DNA from: Squalus acanthias
Lineage: Eukaryota
Direction: 5' to 3'
Length of the DNA stretch: 64,000 bases
NCBI GenBank assembly: GCA_030390025.1
Contig: CM059425.1
Span: 166,968,001 to 167,032,000 of the forward strand
Both the position numbers and the translations under genes were made by a program. The notes beneath the pieces are model-generated. The model did not search any database, was not told the DNA's origin, and saw only the letters and a list, made by a program, of their open reading frames with translations. Below are positions 60,900 through 64,000 of this stretch, one piece after another; within the stretch, counting starts at the first letter, position 1; every line of letters begins with the position of its first letter.

Positions 60900-61819
60900 T
60901 AGCTCACTTTTGACACTACACCATATGAATAGGCTGAGGCCTGATTTGTTTTTTAAACAGATTTATTTACAACAACTTGTATTGATATAGTGCCTTTAAC
61001 ATAATAAAAAGTCCTGCATTGCTGACAAAGACCCAGCATTGCTGACAAAGAGCCGGCACGTCTGCCAATCCTGATGTGCTGATTGGAAGCTTGAATGTAA
61101 AGTTGCAGCAAAACAACCAGATTGAAGTTTCATTGATAGTACAGATGGTCCTGCCCACAGGGGCAATTATTTTTGACACTGAAGTGAACCTAGCCCACAG
61201 CCCAAAGTATATGGCAGGAAGTTCATAAATACTTCCACAATCTGGAATGTCGCCTTCAGCTGCCAGACCCGAAAGGCCACAGGTGGTGAACCACAGAAGG
61301 TGAAGAACCAACAGAAACATAACACATAGCTGTCAAATGTTTTGGCCTCAAGTGTCAAGGAGATGACAGAGATTGAAATGGGCTTCTGACTCCAGTAAGC
61401 GTTTTTCTTCTGTTAATGCTGTGATGAGAATGCATTTATTTTAAGAAATTTGTTGAAGAGTTACGTGACTAAGACGGGAATGATTACTGTTTACTCAAAC
61501 AGTTGCTAGGTTCTGTGAGACTGTTGTAAGAAGTAAAGTCAACACTGTTTAGTTTCTCCTTTCCACCTCTTCACCTCTCTCACCTCCTTTAAGACACCCC
61601 TTAAAAGCTACCTCTGATCAAGAGTTTGATCACCTGTCCTAATGTCTCCTTCTTTGGCTCAGTGTCAATTTTTTTGTCTGATTATGCTCCTGTGAAGCGC
61701 CCTGGGATTTTTTATTATGTTAAAGGCACTATATCAATACAAGTTTTTGTAAATAAATCTGTTTAAAAAACAAATCACGCCTCAGCCTATTCACATGATG
61801 TAGTGTCAAAAGTGAGCTA
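60900..61819. repeat. Inverted duplication with arms 60900-61014 and 61705-61819
   Basis: About 115-bp arms that are near reverse complements and include an L2 tail plus its flank. Confidence 0.85.
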
Positions 61820-63060
61820 AAATGTACTGTGGAGAACAGAATTTCTTCTAAAGGTTCTATATTCGATCCGCCAGAAAGTTCTATCTTCAGCCATTTGATG
61901 CTAGGGTCAACATGGAAAGAAGGATTTTCATGGCTGCAAGCTTCACAGAGAGGATGCTGATGTATATGTTAGCACTCCTGTTTATGGAATTGGGCAAGAA
62001 GCAGAATACATTTTCACCTTTGAATCAGCAGATCACAAAAATAACTATGAAACAGCAATGCAAAAAATGTTATGAGTACTTTGTTACAAAATGCAACTCT
62101 TCCACAGCTCAAACAGAGAATGGGAGAAACTGCCGAGATCATTTGTCCAAAAACTTTATGCAGTGGTGGAGAAAATGAGCAAATTCAGGACAAAATTGTG
62201 ATCGGCATTGTTGACAAAGAGCCGGCCTTGCTGACAAAGACCTGTCAAAGGAGCTGGAAATGAAATCGGAGCTGATATTTGTCAGAGCTATCTAAATGGT
62301 GCAGCACTCAATAGTTGATGAAATGCCAGATAGCTGCAGAGCCATCTAAAGAGCTGGAAGGTGTTACATGGACATCATTAGGTGCGGGAAAAGAAAGAAA
62401 TGAAATCATCCTCACAAGACAAGAGATCCACAAAGCCAGCAATACTTGTCTTGTACATGGTGCAATCAAAGACAAGTGAAGAAGATAAGTGTACAGCATG
62501 TAATCATAGGTAAAGGCAATGTAACAGGCTGGGCATTTTAATAAAGTGTGCCACACACCAAGGTTGTTACAGCGGTGATTACAGATGACAGATCACATGA
62601 TCAGGATGCAATCTACCACATGTCACTTATATGTGATGACAACACAGAAAAATCATGATCGTAAACCTGGTGAGTTTGCAAATTTATAAGATTGATAAGG
62701 GTGCGCACATTACTGTCGTGTCACAGGAAATCATACTAACACTCGATCATACTGTCCCCTGTTAGAGCTATCAATTATTATACTACACAGTTGAGTAGGG
62801 AAAAATGGATTGCACACTACATACAAGGCAAGCTACTATGATCTACCTGGCAGAAGCTCAGCATGTAACTAGATCTGGTAGAGTGAGCAGAAGAAAATGA
62901 ATACAACAAGGGGGAGTTTGGTGACACTGGGCTGCTGAAGTATGAGCATGTAAAGACAGTGCTTAAGAATGATTCTATCCCTCATAGCATAAGTACATCA
63001 CATAGAGGACTTGTTTCAATACTTCCTAAAGAGGAAGAGAAATTAAAGAGAATGAAAGTT
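61420..63060 (+). mobile_element. Decayed Gypsy-like LTR retrotransposon (LTR-like segment, PBS-like site, gag and protease remnants) with an L2 tail at about 61556-61750
   Basis: EQIQDKIVIGIVDK, DKDLSKELEMKSEL, GHFNKVCH, KIDKGAHITVVS (DTGA-like); TAGTGTCAAAAGTG resembles a tRNA-Leu PBS. Confidence 0.65.
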
Positions 63061-63142
63061 TAAAAGGAGTAGCAAAGCAAAGAGACTTAGGGATTCAGCA
63101 ACACAAATCTTTAAAAGTGGGAGGACGACCTGAAAAAAATAT

Positions 63143-63368
63143 GTTGTTGCCATTTACACCTCCTCTGGACCCATAATTGTCCCATTATCACCCCCTTTTG
63201 CCTTGCACCGTCATCTCTTTTATCATTTAATCACTCCTGCCCTCCACCTTCCCTTTTGTTCTTTCCTCCCCTGCACCCCCACCTTTTTCCTAGTTCTGTA
63301 CTTGCTTATAAACTGTTAAATCTCTAACTTCTTCCAGTACTGATGAAAGGTCATCGACCTGAAACATT
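63143..63368 (+). mobile_element. Penelope B 3' UTR ending in a hammerhead core (63336-63368)
   Basis: Matches 8845-8940 plus 9555-9691; CTGATGA-A-AGGTC atc GACCT-GAAA-CATT. Confidence 0.8.
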
Positions 63369-64000
63369 GGCCCTGATATTAACTCGGAGATGCGTTGGGA
63401 GAGTGGGGGCGTCCGATATTGTGTGGGAAACCCATAAGTGAAGTTCAGCACATCTATCATTGGCTTTTTAACACAGCCACTCCATTATCATTTTACTTCC
63501 GGATTTGGTGTTGATTGCGAGGCAGCGGGTGTGATGAGGACCTGCATGTCGTGATCTCAACTCCAGTATTTAAAGGGTCAATCCAAAGATGGAATTTGCA
63601 GGAGCTTGGAGTTGGAAGCAACAGAGGAAGCACTCTCAGTATGGAATCAGGACGATCAAAGGGTGCGGCCCGCTTTAATGTGCTGATGTGCTGCTGGGGG
63701 CTGTAAGGAGCCGGGGAAATATACGGTGCTCCAGCAACAGGAGGAAGAAACTTGCTGCTAACACAAAAAAGGTATGGCTGGAGGTGGCCCACGAGGTCAG
63801 CAACACAAGCATTTTGCCATGCTCCTGGATTCAGTGCAGGAAGCGCTTTAATGACCTAACCAGGTCAGAAAAGGTGAGCACTGTTGCACATTCACCTACA
63901 TACTGCTGTGCACATCACCCCACCCCTCACTCTGCTTTGTCAAGCCTGCTCCATCATATCACCAACGTACCTTGCAAGTGCACCCATCCTTTTCTTTATA
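63369..64000 (+). mobile_element. Harbinger element, further family, left end with Myb exon 1 (63641-63873); runs off the window
   Basis: TIR-like GGCCCTGATATTAAC; KKVWLEVAHEV...SWIQCRKRFNDL then AAG|GTGAGC. Confidence 0.8.

Overview
Vertebrate DNA, most likely a cartilaginous fish (inferred from a SacSINE1/DeuSINE-like SINE and HER1-like CR1 LINEs). It is almost entirely nested transposable elements and I cannot support any host gene. Main contents: (1) a full-length but degenerate Tx1/L1-clade retrotransposon (4466-17077) sitting in the tRNA-derived head of a SINE and carrying a Penelope element (itself holding a MITE), a Penelope hairpin and a near-intact CR1; (2) two families of GIY-YIG Penelope-like elements whose 3' repeats carry minimal hammerhead ribozyme motifs, about ten copies, with visible covariation in family A; (3) at least seven PIF/Harbinger copies with a spliced Myb/SANT gene, one complete with TIRs, TAA duplication and a convergent HARBI1-like transposase, plus related MITEs; (4) many CR1, L2-like and other LINE fragments, a 1.64-kb solo LTR and a decayed Gypsy remnant; (5) local rearrangement signatures, namely a 279-bp identical tract shared by two diverged copies 57 kb apart and two short inverted duplications. 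All family assignments come from motifs read by eye, not from database searches.
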